From an uncultured delta proteobacterium (GTDB taxonomy: Bacteria; Desulfobacterota; Desulfuromonadia; Desulfuromonadales; BM103), in assembly GCA_963715335.1 (NCBI GenBank), contig CAVQRZ010000006.1:1-64000 (forward strand): a stretch of DNA of 64,000 nt, read 5' to 3'. Under the pieces are notes generated by a model. It was not told the origin of the DNA and searched no databases. It saw only the letters and a list, made by a program, of their open reading frames with translations. Of this stretch, positions 41,522 through 52,891 are shown piece by piece. How positions within the stretch are numbered: position 1 is the stretch's first letter; each line of letters begins with the position of its first letter. Made by a program: the position numbers and the translations under genes.

Positions 41522-42271
41522 TCAGTCTTCGTCGAAACAGGTCCCGGCAATCAGGGTCACTGGTGCCTCAAGATAACTTTTCAACGAATCAAGGAATTCC
41601 GCAGCATCTGCACCATCAAGAATCCTGTGATCTGCGGAGAGTGTTAAGCGCACCATGGGTGCCACCACAAGCTCTTCATGCTCATCGACAACCACTTCTC
41701 CTTTGACGGTCCCCACGGCCAGGACCGCAGCCTGTGGTGGTGTGATAATGGCTGCAAAGGACTCCACTCCAAGCATGCCCATGTTACTGACAGTAAACGT
41801 CCCCCCATCCTGGTCATCGTCGGTGAGTTGGCCAAGGTGTGCCTTCTCAGCAAGCGCAGAAGCTGATACGCTAATTTGCTTCAGCGAGAGGCGTTCAAGA
41901 TTTTTGATCACCGGGTAGTAGAGCCCGCCTTCCGTTGCGACGGCCATGGCCAGGTTGATATGCTCCTGCTCGACTGCTGCACTTTCTGCCCATAGGCTAT
42001 TCACCCAGGGGTGCTCCTTGAGCGCTGCCGCAGTGGCCGCCAGGACGAAATCGTTGATCGTTATCCCCAGGTCTTTGCGGAAACGGATAACATCCGTCAT
42101 ATCGACCGCTACAGTCACAAAGAAATGCGGCTTGTTCTGCCAACTGTCAACCATCTTGCGCTCGATCAGTCGGCGAATGCGTACGGCTTTTTTGTTATTA
42201 TGGCCAGTTTCACCCTGTGGACCGTTTTTATTGCCTGGTTCGGGCATGTCAGTCATCCTTTCAAACCGCAA
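41522..42271 (-). CDS. Stand-alone 2-oxoacid dehydrogenase E2 (dihydrolipoamide acyltransferase) catalytic domain
   Basis: PHFF, GGTFTVSNMGMLG, IITPPQAAVL and LSADHRILDGA motifs; no lipoyl or E3-binding domain. Start probably 42256 or 42247. Confidence 0.88.
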   Translation of the reverse strand: MRFERMTDMPEPGNKNGPQGETGHNNKKAVRIRRLIERKMVDSWQNKPHFFVTVAVDMTDVIRFRKDLGITINDFVLAATAAALKEHPWVNSLWAESAAVEQEHINLAMAVATEGGLYYPVIKNLERLSLKQISVSASALAEKAHLGQLTDDDQDGGTFTVSNMGMLGVESFAAIITPPQAAVLAVGTVKGEVVVDEHEELVVAPMVRLTLSADHRILDGADAAEFLDSLKSYLEAPVTLIAGTCFDED

Positions 42272-42520
42272 AAATATTCAGGAATATTCACCCTGTAATG
42301 GGGATAAATTTGACAACTATTGTAATAGAGGTGCCCTTTAAATACGACCCTAAACAAACATGAGGCCACCACAACCCTTAAACACGGCGCCAGGCAGAGA
42401 GAGAACAGAAGTTGAAAGATGAAAATTAGCTGGTTTATTTGACGCTGTACAGGTCTGTTTGGGTAAGACACGAGAGGTTAAACAGGGAGTGGGAAGTTAC
42501 ACGATTGAAAAGAGAAAAGC

Positions 42521-42551
42521 AAAAAGCCCGGGACCAAGGTCTCGGGCTTTT
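42521..42551 (-). terminator. Intrinsic terminator
   Basis: AAAAGCCCGGGAC-loop-GTCTCGGGCTTTT. Confidence 0.65.
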
Positions 42552-42570
42552 GATTATGGACAGTAGTGAA

Positions 42571-42726
42571 TCAGCCGAGAAAAACGTTATGATTGCGGGC
42601 CCGATTGGCCAGAATCGTTGGATCGACGACCTCACCACAGGAGCAACATTTCCATGCGTCAAAAGCACGAACAAAATCATAATACTTCTCGGCGTACATA
42701 CGACCTTTACACTTGGGACATCTCAT
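42571..42726 (-). CDS. 51-aa Zn-ribbon small protein (not in the ORF track)
   Basis: MRCPKCKGRMYAEKYYDFVRAFDAWKCCSCGEVVDPTILANRARNHNVFLG; RBS GAGGAGG; terminator downstream. Confidence 0.8.
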   Translation of the reverse strand: MRCPKCKGRMYAEKYYDFVRAFDAWKCCSCGEVVDPTILANRARNHNVFLG

Positions 42727-42873
42727 CTAACGGCCTCCTCATTCATAGACCAAGAAATTTTGGGTAACTTCTATGCATGAGGTATTACACGAGACGTGCC
42801 AACTACAGTTGAATCTTTCCTGTCAAGCAAAAGCGCCAAGACATCCGGAGAAAACCATCTAAATTACATATAG

Positions 42874-43452
42874 TTATGTTGTTCTAAAAAAAATCCTCCA
42901 ACTTTCGATTCTGCCCTGGCCTATCCCTTTGACCCTTTTCAACGCATCCAGAGAGCCGAATTCGCCATTTTTTTGACGATCAAGATGGATTCTTTCGGCC
43001 AGTTTGTCTCCAATCCCTGGCAGGGCAACCCAATCAACCCTGCTCATCCGGTCAGGATGGAGCGGGATGCCCAGCGCAATTCGTTTGCTGGCCGACATCC
43101 ATCCTCGTCGGACAATCTCAATTTTCTGATCTTTTTTTGCGATTGCGTAGCTCGCGCCGTCGTTTACCGGTTCAAAATAACCCTCAACAGTTGATGATAT
43201 TTTATCGGACACCGCAATCGTCAATTTCATGACGTCTCGCAGAGAGAAACCGTCATTTATTTGATACACCCCCGGGGTCAAACCGTACCCTGCCAGTTCA
43301 ACGTGCACATAATTCGCATCCTGGGACAAAAAAGACGGGATATCTTCCAATACGGAAGCACCCCGCCCCAAAAGCACAGCAAGAAAAACAAAGGCCGCCA
43401 GCACAACGGGCACTGGCGGCACCCGAAACAGGGCCCTATTCGGCATGGTCAC
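42874..43452 (-). CDS. ComEA-like helix-hairpin-helix protein
   Basis: N-terminal TM helix, SLBB-like [13 protein letters not shown] and VKGIG motifs. Confidence 0.8.
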   Translation of the reverse strand: MTMPNRALFRVPPVPVVLAAFVFLAVLLGRGASVLEDIPSFLSQDANYVHVELAGYGLTPGVYQINDGFSLRDVMKLTIAVSDKISSTVEGYFEPVNDGASYAIAKKDQKIEIVRRGWMSASKRIALGIPLHPDRMSRVDWVALPGIGDKLAERIHLDRQKNGEFGSLDALKRVKGIGQGRIESWRIFFRTT

Positions 43453-45007
43453 GCATCAGTTTGTACTGCAGCGCGTCAACCAGCGCCTGGTAAGAGGCGT
43501 CTATAATGTTATCACTGACCCCAACCGTTCCCCAACGCCCGGTCTTGTCGCCGGACTCGATCAGAACCCGTGTCACGGATGCGGTTCCCTTCCCGGCAGG
43601 AAGGACCCGTACCCTGTAATCGAACAGCTTCATCTCCTTGAGCTGAGGGTAGAACTGTTCCAGGGCCTTGCGCAACGCGTGGTCAAGCGCATTCACCGGG
43701 CCATTGCCCTCGGCGGCCGTATGTTCGATGCGCCCGCCGACCTTGACCTGGACTGTCGCCTCGGAGGTTGGCATCTCATCTTCATGTCGCTTGGTGTCAA
43801 TAACCCGGAAGCCGATAACCGAGAAGTAATTGCGCAATTCGCCCAGGGCACGCCGCATGAGCAGTTCGAAAGAAGCCTCGGCACCCTCGAACTGGAACCC
43901 CTGGTTTTCGAGTGACTTGATATCTTCAAGGATTTCCAGTGTCACCGGATCCTTGCTGTCGAGGTTGATGTTAAACTGTTCAGCTTTGACGAGGATGTTC
44001 GAGCGACCGGAGAGATCGGACACCAGCACGCGAGTCACATTGCCGACTTTTTCCGGGCGCACATGCTCGTAAGTTTCAGGATGCCTCTGAATCGCCGAGA
44101 CATGCACGCCGCCCTTATGGGCAAAGGCAGAATTCCCGACGTAAGGCTGGTGCTTGTTCGGCACCAGGTTGGCCAATTCGAAGATATAGCGTGAGGCGAT
44201 CCGCAGGCTCTTCAGCTGCTCATCGGAGACACAGTCCCGGTCCATTTTCAATCTGAGCGCGGGGATGATCGAGCAGAGATTGGCGTTGCCGCAGCGCTCA
44301 CCAAAACCGTTGATCGTGCCCTGGACATGGACAGCGCCATTTTCTACCGCCACGAGTGAGTTGGCCACAGCACATTCACTGTCGTTGTGAGCGTGGATGC
44401 CAAGTGGTGTCTTGATATTCTTTTTGACCTTCTTGATAATATCGGCCACTTCATACGGCAAGGCACCGCCATTGGTGTCGCAAAGCACGATACAATCAAC
44501 ACCGGCCCGCTGAGCGGACTCCAGTGTCTTGAGGGCATATTCCGGGTTGGCCTTGTAACCGTCAAAGAAATGCTCGGCATCGTAGATAACTTCTGCAACG
44601 TTCTCCTTCAGGTAGGCCAGAGAGTCGTAGATCAGTTCAAGGTTCTCTTCCAGGCTGATGCGTAGCGCCTCGCGCACCTGGAAATCCCAGGATTTACCAA
44701 AGATTGTGACTGCATCGGGCTCGGCCTGAATCAGGGTCCGGATATTATTGTCCTTGGCCGGAGTGGTCTTGGCCCTGCGCGTGGAACCGAAAGCGGCTAT
44801 CTTGGCATGGTTCAAGGTAATTTTTTTAACGTCTTTGAAAAAGGCAATGTCCTTGGGATTGGAACCGGGCCAACCTCCCTCAATATAGTCGATACCAAGC
44901 TCGTCAAGCTTCTTGGCGATCTGGATCTTGTCCGCTACCAGAAAAGAGACGTCTTCAGCCTGCGTACCATCACGCAAGGTCGTATCATACAGAAAAACTC
45001 TGCTCAT
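43436..45007 (-). CDS. cimA: Citramalate synthase
   Basis: [34 protein letters not shown] and GNGPVNALD motifs. Confidence 0.92.
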   Translation of the reverse strand: MSRVFLYDTTLRDGTQAEDVSFLVADKIQIAKKLDELGIDYIEGGWPGSNPKDIAFFKDVKKITLNHAKIAAFGSTRRAKTTPAKDNNIRTLIQAEPDAVTIFGKSWDFQVREALRISLEENLELIYDSLAYLKENVAEVIYDAEHFFDGYKANPEYALKTLESAQRAGVDCIVLCDTNGGALPYEVADIIKKVKKNIKTPLGIHAHNDSECAVANSLVAVENGAVHVQGTINGFGERCGNANLCSIIPALRLKMDRDCVSDEQLKSLRIASRYIFELANLVPNKHQPYVGNSAFAHKGGVHVSAIQRHPETYEHVRPEKVGNVTRVLVSDLSGRSNILVKAEQFNINLDSKDPVTLEILEDIKSLENQGFQFEGAEASFELLMRRALGELRNYFSVIGFRVIDTKRHEDEMPTSEATVQVKVGGRIEHTAAEGNGPVNALDHALRKALEQFYPQLKEMKLFDYRVRVLPAGKGTASVTRVLIESGDKTGRWGTVGVSDNIIDASYQALVDALQYKLMRDHAE

Positions 45008-45040
45008 GATCTTCTCCCGGATATCTGTCCTACAGGGGGC

Positions 45041-46273
45041 TTATTCCTCGGCCACCCGAACCTTATCCAAGCCAAAAGCTTCGTGCAGAACGCGCACGGC
45101 CAGCTCGGTGTACTTGTCATCAATGACGCAGGAAACCTTGATTTCACTCGTTGAAATCATCTGGATGTTGACCCCTTCCCTGGACAGGGTTTCAAACATC
45201 TTGCTGGCGATCCCTGAATGCGAGCGCATGCCGACTCCAATAATTGACACCTTGGCAATCGACTCGTTGGTCTGTACGCCGGCAGCACCGATTTTGCTTG
45301 CGGTCTCTTCAACAATTTTCAGGGCCTTCTTGAAATCACCTCGAGGCACGGTAAAGGTCAGGTCCGTGAACCCCTCGTGGGAGACGTTCTGAATAATCAT
45401 GTCTACCATGATGTTCGCTGTCGAAAGGGGTGAAAAAAGCTGGGCCGCCACTCCAGGCTTGTCCGGAACGCGCATCACGGCAATTTTTGCTTCATCCTTG
45501 TTATATGCGATACCTGAAACCAGGACCGTTTCCATATCTGCATCCTCCTTCATCACCAGAGTCCCTGGGTTGTCATTAAGGCTGGAACGTACATGAACGA
45601 CTACTTCGTATTTTTTCGCAAATTCGACCGACCGCAACTGCAGCACCTTGGAACCGAGCGAGGCCATTTCGAGCATTTCGTCGTAGGAGACCTTTTCCAT
45701 CTTGGAGGCCTCAGGAACAATCCGCGGGTCAGTGGTATAGACACCGTCGACATCGGTCAGGATTTCGCAAACATCGGCTTTTAACGCCGCAGCGACGGCC
45801 ACAGCCGAGGTGTCCGAGCCGCCACGACCCAGGGTCGTAATGTTGTTGTCACGGTCGATACCCTGGAAACCTGCGACGATCACGATCGTGCCGTTGTGCA
45901 GGTCCTCACGGATATTGGTATCCTGAATCTCCTCGATACGCGCTTTTGAAAAGGAATTGTCCGTGTAAATCGGGATCTGCCAGCCGAGGTAGCTCTTGGC
46001 CTTGTACCCCATGGACTGCAGGGCCATTGACAGGAGCGCAACAGAGACCTGTTCGCCGGCAGCGACGAGGACGTCGTACTCACGCTCGCTCGGGAATTCA
46101 CACATTCCTTCAGCGAGTGCCACCAGCTTGTTGGTCTCACCCGCCATCGCCGAGACAACCACGATCATGTCGTTGCCTTCATCGTAGGTGCGGGCAACCC
46201 GTCTGGCGACATTCTGGATTTTTTCGATGGTCCCTACCGAGGTGCCACCATACTTTTGAACCACCAGTGCCAT
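45041..46273 (-). CDS. lysC: Aspartate kinase
   Basis: [21 protein letters not shown] and [11 protein letters not shown] motifs; two ACT domains. Confidence 0.96.
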   Translation of the reverse strand: MALVVQKYGGTSVGTIEKIQNVARRVARTYDEGNDMIVVVSAMAGETNKLVALAEGMCEFPSEREYDVLVAAGEQVSVALLSMALQSMGYKAKSYLGWQIPIYTDNSFSKARIEEIQDTNIREDLHNGTIVIVAGFQGIDRDNNITTLGRGGSDTSAVAVAAALKADVCEILTDVDGVYTTDPRIVPEASKMEKVSYDEMLEMASLGSKVLQLRSVEFAKKYEVVVHVRSSLNDNPGTLVMKEDADMETVLVSGIAYNKDEAKIAVMRVPDKPGVAAQLFSPLSTANIMVDMIIQNVSHEGFTDLTFTVPRGDFKKALKIVEETASKIGAAGVQTNESIAKVSIIGVGMRSHSGIASKMFETLSREGVNIQMISTSEIKVSCVIDDKYTELAVRVLHEAFGLDKVRVAEE

Positions 46274-46398
46274 CTGTGATCAATCCTTTCTGGCACGGCT
46301 CGACTCGGAACCTGCCATCGGTGAAATTCCCCCTTAATTGGGGTCAAATGATTTTAATAACAGTATTCCTGCCGGTCGTCAAAGGTTTTCACGGAACA

Positions 46399-46896
46399 TC
46401 AGGCGGGCATCTCGACAGCGGTCCATTGCCGAACCAGCTGGCCAAGCAGTTCAGCGCCGCAATCGTCCCTCGCCTCGAATTGAAACTTGCGCCGCTCCCC
46501 TCCCAGAGAGTCTATGGCAACGTCCAGTGAGGACATCAAAGCACCCGTCATGCGATCGGCCCACTCGACCATTGTCAGGCCATTACCCTCTGCATATTCG
46601 TCGTAGCCGAGATCGGCAAGATCATCAACCTGCGCAAGGCGGTAAAGGTCGAAATGATAGAACGGGAAACGCCCCTGATGAATATTCAGCAAAGTGTAGC
46701 TCGGGCTGGTCACAGGAGTGGCCGGGGCAACGCCGAGGCCGTCACCGACACCCTGGGCAAAACAGGTTTTTCCGGTTCCCAATTGACCACTCAGGAGCAC
46801 GACCAGTCCGGCTTCGGCTAGGCTGCCGAACAGCCGCCCAAGTTCACGCGTTTCCGTGGCGCTGCCGGTTGTCGTTTCCCAGGTCAGCAAGGTCAC
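46399..46896 (-). CDS. tsaE: tRNA threonylcarbamoyladenosine biosynthesis ATPase
   Basis: GQLGTGKT, VTSPSYTL, HFDLYRL and VEWAD motifs. Confidence 0.95.
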   Translation of the reverse strand: MTLLTWETTTGSATETRELGRLFGSLAEAGLVVLLSGQLGTGKTCFAQGVGDGLGVAPATPVTSPSYTLLNIHQGRFPFYHFDLYRLAQVDDLADLGYDEYAEGNGLTMVEWADRMTGALMSSLDVAIDSLGGERRKFQFEARDDCGAELLGQLVRQWTAVEMPA

Positions 46897-47342
46897 GAAC
46901 TCATGCTGCGAATAATATCGAGACGGCTGACAACCCCAACCATCCGACCGTCAGACAACACGGGCACCAGGTGGACCTTGTTGTCGACCATCAGGCTGGC
47001 TATCGTCGCAACCTTGTCATCCGGCACACAGGTCACGACATCCCTGCCGCAGATTTCTCCCACCCTGCGCGCGGTGACCTTGCGCACTGCCTCGGTGAAC
47101 TTCTTCGGGCTCTCCAGGTAGATAACCCAGTCGAAAAGCGAAATCACCGTAGGGATATGGAGAGGCTTGTCCTGCTCGACAAGATCCGTCTGGGTGACCA
47201 TCCCCACCAATGCCCCGTCGTCATCGACAACCGGCATGGCGTTGACATTGTATTTGACAAATTTCTTTGCCAGAGCCGTAATCTCAGTGTCCTGATGTAC
47301 AGTATGAATCTCTTTGGTCATGATATCGCCAGCAGTCAGCAT
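46893..47342 (-). CDS. CBS-domain protein
   Basis: Paired CBS motifs (DIMT, PVVD..G.LVGMVT). Confidence 0.9.
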   Translation of the reverse strand: MLTAGDIMTKEIHTVHQDTEITALAKKFVKYNVNAMPVVDDDGALVGMVTQTDLVEQDKPLHIPTVISLFDWVIYLESPKKFTEAVRKVTARRVGEICGRDVVTCVPDDKVATIASLMVDNKVHLVPVLSDGRMVGVVSRLDIIRSMSS

Positions 47343-48899
47343 TTAGCCCTCCATTGCCAGAGCCTGTCGTGCAGCAGGCAGTTCGTAGATCAGGTCGGTG
47401 GCCAACAGACCGGCATCACCGAATGTCGACTGCAGCCTCTCGGCGGCAAGGCCGTGCAGGTAGACAGCCAGGGTTGCAGCAGGCATTGCCGGCAGGCCCT
47501 GAGCCAGCAGGCTGCCGACCAGCCCGGTCAGGACGTCACCCATGCCACCACTGGCCATACCTGCATGGCCTGTCATATTGACGTGAACCGTGCCATCCGG
47601 TGAAGCAATCAGGGTCCGGGCTCCCTTGAGCACCAGGGTCACCTTGTGTTGGATCGCAAAATCTCTCGCCAGGCGGAATCGGTCACTCTGGATCGCTGCG
47701 ACCGACAGCCCCGTCAAGCGTGACATCTCACCGGGGTGCGGGGTCAGAATAATTTCACGACCCGGCTGCTGACCCAGTAGCGACAGATGTCCAACCAGGG
47801 CACTTAACCCATCAGCATCGATAACGACAGGCTGGCTGGTGTCCTGAAGTAAACGGCGAATCAGGCTGCTGACTTCTTCGCCGACACCCAGCCCCGGCCC
47901 GACGGCCAGCGCCTGCTTTCCTTCAGCCGACCCCAGGATATCTTCCAGAGCCAGCATGCAGACTTCACCTTCCCGTTCATCCAGGGGCACTGTCATAACT
48001 TCAGTCAGCCTGGCAGCGACCCCCGGTTGCACGCCTCTTGGGCATGCCAGCGTGACCAGACCTGCGCCACCACGCATACCCGCTTCGGCGGCCATGACAG
48101 CGGCACCACACTTGCCTGTGGAACCTGCCAGTATCAGCAGATGCCCGAAGGTGCCTTTATGTCCATCCATAACTCGCATCGGCAGAAGATGCCTTGCTTC
48201 CTCGCCATCGATCCATCGGCACTCGGCGCCGGTCTCGTACATCACCTGCTTGGGAATGCCGATATCTGCAATCACCAATTCACCCACATGCCGAGCCCCG
48301 GGGAAAGTCACCTGGCCTATTTTGGGAAAAGCAAATGAGACAGTCAGGTCCGCATTGACCGCGTCACTCATGATCCGGCCGGTAGAGCCATCGATCCCGG
48401 ACGGGATATCTACAGAGACCACCGGGCAGGCCTGACAGTTCATCCAGCCAACGGCCTCAAGGAAAAGGCCCTCGAGAGGCTTGGTAAGCCCGGTTCCGAA
48501 CAGGGCATCGACAACAACGGTAAATTCATCGGCATCATCAAGAACGGCATAGAGCTCGTCCTCAGACCGTATGTAAGTAATCAGCCCGCCGCAGTTGGCC
48601 AGCGCCACGGCATTAACTGCAGCTTCACCGGTGATTTCGTCTGCCCCTGCAAAAACCAGGGTCAGGACGTCCCAGTCGTTGTCCAGCAGATACCTGGCAA
48701 CCACGTAACCATCCCCACCGTTGTTGCCTTTGCCCGCCAATACCAGCGCACGCTGGATTCCGCGCGTTGCATAACGAGAAAGAATTTCCTCAGCCACGCA
48801 CCGGCCGGCATTTTCCATCAGGACAATACCCGGGATGCCGATTTCTTCAATGGTCCGGCAATCAACAGCCTGCATTTGTTGTGCGGTCAGGACTTTCAT
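47343..48899 (-). CDS. nnr: Bifunctional NAD(P)H-hydrate epimerase/dehydratase
   Basis: LMENAG, GNNGGDG, DIPSG, HKGTFG, LTPHPGE and GGMGDVLTG motifs. Confidence 0.94.
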   Translation of the reverse strand: MKVLTAQQMQAVDCRTIEEIGIPGIVLMENAGRCVAEEILSRYATRGIQRALVLAGKGNNGGDGYVVARYLLDNDWDVLTLVFAGADEITGEAAVNAVALANCGGLITYIRSEDELYAVLDDADEFTVVVDALFGTGLTKPLEGLFLEAVGWMNCQACPVVSVDIPSGIDGSTGRIMSDAVNADLTVSFAFPKIGQVTFPGARHVGELVIADIGIPKQVMYETGAECRWIDGEEARHLLPMRVMDGHKGTFGHLLILAGSTGKCGAAVMAAEAGMRGGAGLVTLACPRGVQPGVAARLTEVMTVPLDEREGEVCMLALEDILGSAEGKQALAVGPGLGVGEEVSSLIRRLLQDTSQPVVIDADGLSALVGHLSLLGQQPGREIILTPHPGEMSRLTGLSVAAIQSDRFRLARDFAIQHKVTLVLKGARTLIASPDGTVHVNMTGHAGMASGGMGDVLTGLVGSLLAQGLPAMPAATLAVYLHGLAAERLQSTFGDAGLLATDLIYELPAARQALAMEG

Positions 48900-49279
48900 A
48901 GGCTTTCCAGAACCACGGTGGCGACGGCATATTCACCTTCATGGCTGTAGGACAAGTGTACCATCTCAACACGTTTTTCGCCTGCCACCTCTGCGGCTCT
49001 ACCTGATAAGATCAGGTCGGGGCGACCGAGTTCATCAGGGACGACCTCCATGTCATGCCAGCTGATGCCATCACGCCAGCCGGTCCCGAAAGCCTTGAGA
49101 CACGATTCCTTGGCGGCAAAGCGTGCGGCCAGGTGCGGAGACGGGTCTGCCTTGGCAAAGGCGTACTGCCTTTCACCAAGGGTAAAAAGCCGCTCCAGGA
49201 GAGCGGTCTTTTGGTCCTCTACAAATTTCCTGAAACGAGCGACCCTGGCCAGGTCGGTTCCCAGACCGACAATCGGCAT
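48896..49279 (-). CDS. acpS: Holo-ACP synthase
   Basis: GLGTDL, ARFAAKES..KAFGTG and LSYSHE motifs. Confidence 0.95.
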   Translation of the reverse strand: MPIVGLGTDLARVARFRKFVEDQKTALLERLFTLGERQYAFAKADPSPHLAARFAAKESCLKAFGTGWRDGISWHDMEVVPDELGRPDLILSGRAAEVAGEKRVEMVHLSYSHEGEYAVATVVLESL

Positions 49280-49281
49280 AT

Positions 49282-49998
49282 TCAGCTCCCGTGAACCAGT
49301 TCGGCCATCTCGCATACGGCCCGGTCAAGCCCGACCAGGACGGCACGCGAAATGATACTGTGGCCGATATTGTATTCCTCGATCCCGCCGAGTGCGAGTA
49401 ACGGTCGGATGTTCTGGTAGTTGAGTCCGTGTCCGGCATTGACGCGCAACCCAAGCTTCCTGCCGGCCCTTATGGACTCTTCAATCTTGGCCAGCTCAGA
49501 TGTCTTGTCCCGCCCTTTGGCCACGCAGTAGGACCCGGTATGGATCTCTATACAATCGGCCTTGACCCGCGCGCTGGCCTTTAGCTGCTCCAGATCGGGA
49601 TCGACAAACAGGCTGACGACGATTCCGGCCTGATGCAGCAGTTCAATCTGCTTGGTCAGGGACTGAACATATTTGGCGACGTCAAGCCCGCCTTCGGTCG
49701 TCAGCTCCTGGCGTTTTTCCGGCACGAGGGTGACATAATCCGGGACGACCTTCATGGCGATGGCCACCATTTCATCAGTCGCCGCCATTTCGAGGTTCAG
49801 AAGAGTCTTGACCGTACGCCTCAGGATCATGACATCCCGGTCCTGGATATGTCGGCGGTCTTCACGAAGATGAACCGTGATACCATCGGCACCGGCCAGC
49901 TCGGCGATCGCCGCAGCAGCAACCGGGTCAGGTTCAACCCCGCCCCGGGCCTGACGGATCGTCGCAATGTGATCGACATTGACTCCCAGTTTTGCCAT
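49282..49998 (-). CDS. pdxJ: Pyridoxine 5'-phosphate synthase
   Basis: [25 protein letters not shown] and NIGHSII motifs. Confidence 0.97.
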   Translation of the reverse strand: MAKLGVNVDHIATIRQARGGVEPDPVAAAAIAELAGADGITVHLREDRRHIQDRDVMILRRTVKTLLNLEMAATDEMVAIAMKVVPDYVTLVPEKRQELTTEGGLDVAKYVQSLTKQIELLHQAGIVVSLFVDPDLEQLKASARVKADCIEIHTGSYCVAKGRDKTSELAKIEESIRAGRKLGLRVNAGHGLNYQNIRPLLALGGIEEYNIGHSIISRAVLVGLDRAVCEMAELVHGS

Positions 49999-49999
49999 T

Positions 50000-51367
50000 T
50001 TACGCTCCTGAATCTTCCCCGATGGAGGACTTCACCAACGCGGCAATCTGGTTGGCCATAGCGGTAATTTCGTTCTGGTTCTGCCCTTCCAGCATGATTC
50101 TCATCAAAGGTTCGGTTCCCGAGTAACGGATCAGGATACGACCGGCATCTCCCAGTCGCCTCTCGACATCTTCAATCAGTCCCTGAACATCAGGCAGCTG
50201 GTCGATGGCGCGGCGTTCCCGCACCCGGACATTGACGAGGACCTGGGGCAGCGACTGCATCACCGAAGCCAATCCGGAAAGGCTCTTGCCGCTCTTCTGC
50301 AGGATAGCAAGGATTTGTAGCGCGGTAATAATCCCGTCACCGGTCGAGTTATGTTCCAGGAAGATCATGTGCCCGGACTGTTCCCCACCGAAGCTATAGC
50401 CGTTGCGGCGCATCTCTTCAACAACATAACGGTCGCCGACATCGGTTTTGACGACACGGCCACCAGCCTGGCGCAGGGCGATATCCAGACCCATGTTCGA
50501 CATGACCGTGGCGACGACCGTGTTTTGCGGCAAGGCGCCCCGTTTCAGCATATCGATACCGCAGATAGCCATGATGTGGTCACCGTCAACCTCTTTACCG
50601 TGCTCATCGACAAAGATGCAGCGGTCGGCATCGCCATCAAGGGCAATACCAAGGTCTGCTCCGTGCTCGATGACAGCCTTGGAGATCACCTCCGGACAGG
50701 TCGAACCGCAACCGGCGTTGATATTCGTTCCATCCGGCTTGACGCCATAAGTAAAGACCCGGGCACCCAACTCTTCGAGAACCGCCGGGGCGACCCGATA
50801 GGCAGCGCCGTGAGCGCAATCGAGGACTATTTTCAGACCGGTCAGGTCGAGTTCCCGGGGGAAGGTGTTTTTCAGGAAGACGATATAGCGCCCGATTGCG
50901 TCGTCAACACGGAAGGCTTTGCCCACCTCTTCGGCCGTTGGCCGTAGTGAATCGATCCGCGCCGAAAAAAGCAGATCCTCGATCCTCAGCTCTAGGTCAT
51001 CGGGAAGTTTGAAGCCGTCACGGGCGAAAAACTTGATGCCGTTGTCCTGGTAGGGGTTGTGCGAGGCGGAGATCACCACCCCGGCATCGGCCCGCATCGA
51101 AGCGGTGATAAAGGCAATGCCCGGGGTCGGTAAAGGCCCGACCAGCAAGACATCGACTCCCATGGAACAGATCCCGGCTGCCAGGGCGTTTTCGATCATG
51201 TACCCGGAGAGGCGGGTGTCCTTGCCGATCACAATCCGGCTGCGCCGGTCATCATGTTTGAAGACATAAGCTGCGGCACGCCCAAGCTGCATGGCCATTT
51301 CCGTGGTCATGGGATGTTTGTTGGCAATGCCGCGCACCCCATCAGTACCAAAAAGCTTTTTGCTCAT
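50000..51367 (-). CDS. glmM: Phosphoglucosamine mutase
   Basis: [21 protein letters not shown] and GGEQSGH motifs. Confidence 0.97.
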   Translation of the reverse strand: MSKKLFGTDGVRGIANKHPMTTEMAMQLGRAAAYVFKHDDRRSRIVIGKDTRLSGYMIENALAAGICSMGVDVLLVGPLPTPGIAFITASMRADAGVVISASHNPYQDNGIKFFARDGFKLPDDLELRIEDLLFSARIDSLRPTAEEVGKAFRVDDAIGRYIVFLKNTFPRELDLTGLKIVLDCAHGAAYRVAPAVLEELGARVFTYGVKPDGTNINAGCGSTCPEVISKAVIEHGADLGIALDGDADRCIFVDEHGKEVDGDHIMAICGIDMLKRGALPQNTVVATVMSNMGLDIALRQAGGRVVKTDVGDRYVVEEMRRNGYSFGGEQSGHMIFLEHNSTGDGIITALQILAILQKSGKSLSGLASVMQSLPQVLVNVRVRERRAIDQLPDVQGLIEDVERRLGDAGRILIRYSGTEPLMRIMLEGQNQNEITAMANQIAALVKSSIGEDSGA

Positions 51368-52083
51368 TGTTTCTTTTTCTCACTCCCGGCTGCGGCCTGC
51401 CCATCCGACGGTTCTTCTGGACGGGCGGGGACATAATCGGGGTTAGGCTTTAAAACCACTTTGACCTCGACGGTTTTCGTCTCTTTCAGATCCGTATAAT
51501 TGCCAACATAACTGAGGGCTACGGTCTGGGTGAAACTCTCCTGAACGTTGGTGATATCGATCCCCTCGGTCACAACCTCCGAAACCGCCTTGAGTTCACT
51601 CTCCGCCCCGATGATGACAACCCGGTCAGGAGCGGCCTTGACCGATTTGACCAGGAACCTGGGTGCCGGATCACCGGTCAGGACAACCTTGACCGGCACG
51701 CCTCGTTCACGCACCCTTTCCAGCTTGACATCGACATAAGATGGAGATATGCGGGTAATTTTCAGACCACCGGGGATATCAAGAGTTTCATCGAGGCGTT
51801 TGAAAGATGTCACGCCGGCCGATAAACCCTTCAGGTCGACTCTGAGTCCGATGTCTTCCTTGTCAAGGTTTACCTGCAGGGCACGAGGCCCATTGATCCT
51901 CAGTGCGACTGAAGTCGGCACTTCACTGGCAATCATCAGTCCCTCGGGCAGGTTCACGTATTCCAGGGTCACGATATGATTGACTTCCATGCGGCTTTCC
52001 CCCATGACAAAGAACCAGAGCACCACTGCAAAGGCCAGGGAGACAAGTTTCAACAACCAGTTTTCGAATATTTTTTCAACCAT
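51364..52083 (-). CDS. cdaR: YbbR/CdaR-like diadenylate cyclase regulator
   Basis: [15 protein letters not shown] anchor plus YbbR repeats; between cdaA and glmM. Confidence 0.85.
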   Translation of the reverse strand: MVEKIFENWLLKLVSLAFAVVLWFFVMGESRMEVNHIVTLEYVNLPEGLMIASEVPTSVALRINGPRALQVNLDKEDIGLRVDLKGLSAGVTSFKRLDETLDIPGGLKITRISPSYVDVKLERVRERGVPVKVVLTGDPAPRFLVKSVKAAPDRVVIIGAESELKAVSEVVTEGIDITNVQESFTQTVALSYVGNYTDLKETKTVEVKVVLKPNPDYVPARPEEPSDGQAAAGSEKKKQ

Positions 52084-52085
52084 GG

Positions 52086-52874
52086 CTAACTCTTCTTGCC
52101 ACGCAGACGGCGGGGCTCAAGCAGGCGGTTGAGGACTTTTTTCAAGGTCGCCACTTCCAGGTCGCGTGTGATCTTTCCTCCGACCACGACCGCAATTCGA
52201 CTGGTCTCCTCAGACACCACAATCACGACGGCATCAACCAGCTCAGTCAGACCTATGGCCGCCCGATGGCGGGTTCCGTACTGCGGGCTGACTCTCGGGT
52301 CTTGGGTCAGGGGAAGAAAACACCCGGCCTTGGTGATCAGGCCACGCTGAATGACTACCGCGCCATCATGCAGCGGTGATGCGTGATGAAAAATCGCATG
52401 GATCAGGGCGACTGATGGTTTTGCATCCAGTTCGACACCGATTTCGAGGAAATCGTTGATTCCGGTTTCACGTTCGATGACGATCAGGGCTCCCAGTTGC
52501 TTCTGCGCCAGGGTTGCGCAAGCGCGGCACAATTCATCGATAACCTGGGTTTCTTCACGAAAGGACAGATCGGCAAAAAACGGGTTGCGCCCGACATGCA
52601 TCAGGGCCCGGCGGATATCGTTCTGGAAAATCACGACAATCACCAGGATGATGGATGAAAGGAAGTTATTGAGTATCCAGTTGAGGGTGTAGAGGCCGCC
52701 GACCTGGGACGCGACGTAGACGATCAGAAGGACAGCGAGGCCAATCAGCATCTGCAAGGCCCGCGTGCCCTTGATAAGCAGGATAATCCGGTAAATAATG
52801 AAGGCGACCAGAACAATGTCGAGCAGGTCTAAAACCCACCTGAAATTTTCCAGCATCTCGAACATCCGGAACAC
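52086..52874 (-). CDS. cdaA: Diadenylate cyclase
   Basis: Three TM helices; PLHDGA, GTRHRAA and VSEET motifs. Confidence 0.94.
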   Translation of the reverse strand: MFRMFEMLENFRWVLDLLDIVLVAFIIYRIILLIKGTRALQMLIGLAVLLIVYVASQVGGLYTLNWILNNFLSSIILVIVVIFQNDIRRALMHVGRNPFFADLSFREETQVIDELCRACATLAQKQLGALIVIERETGINDFLEIGVELDAKPSVALIHAIFHHASPLHDGAVVIQRGLITKAGCFLPLTQDPRVSPQYGTRHRAAIGLTELVDAVVIVVSEETSRIAVVVGGKITRDLEVATLKKVLNRLLEPRRLRGKKS

Positions 52875-52891
52875 CCTCTCGATAAACCGGG

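Noticed and set aside
42439..42780. 113-aa plus-strand ORF
   Set aside because: Overlaps the better supported minus-strand 51-aa Zn-ribbon gene and its terminator.
46338..47603. 421-aa plus-strand ORF
   Set aside because: Arg/His-rich antisense shadow of tsaE, the CBS gene and nnr.
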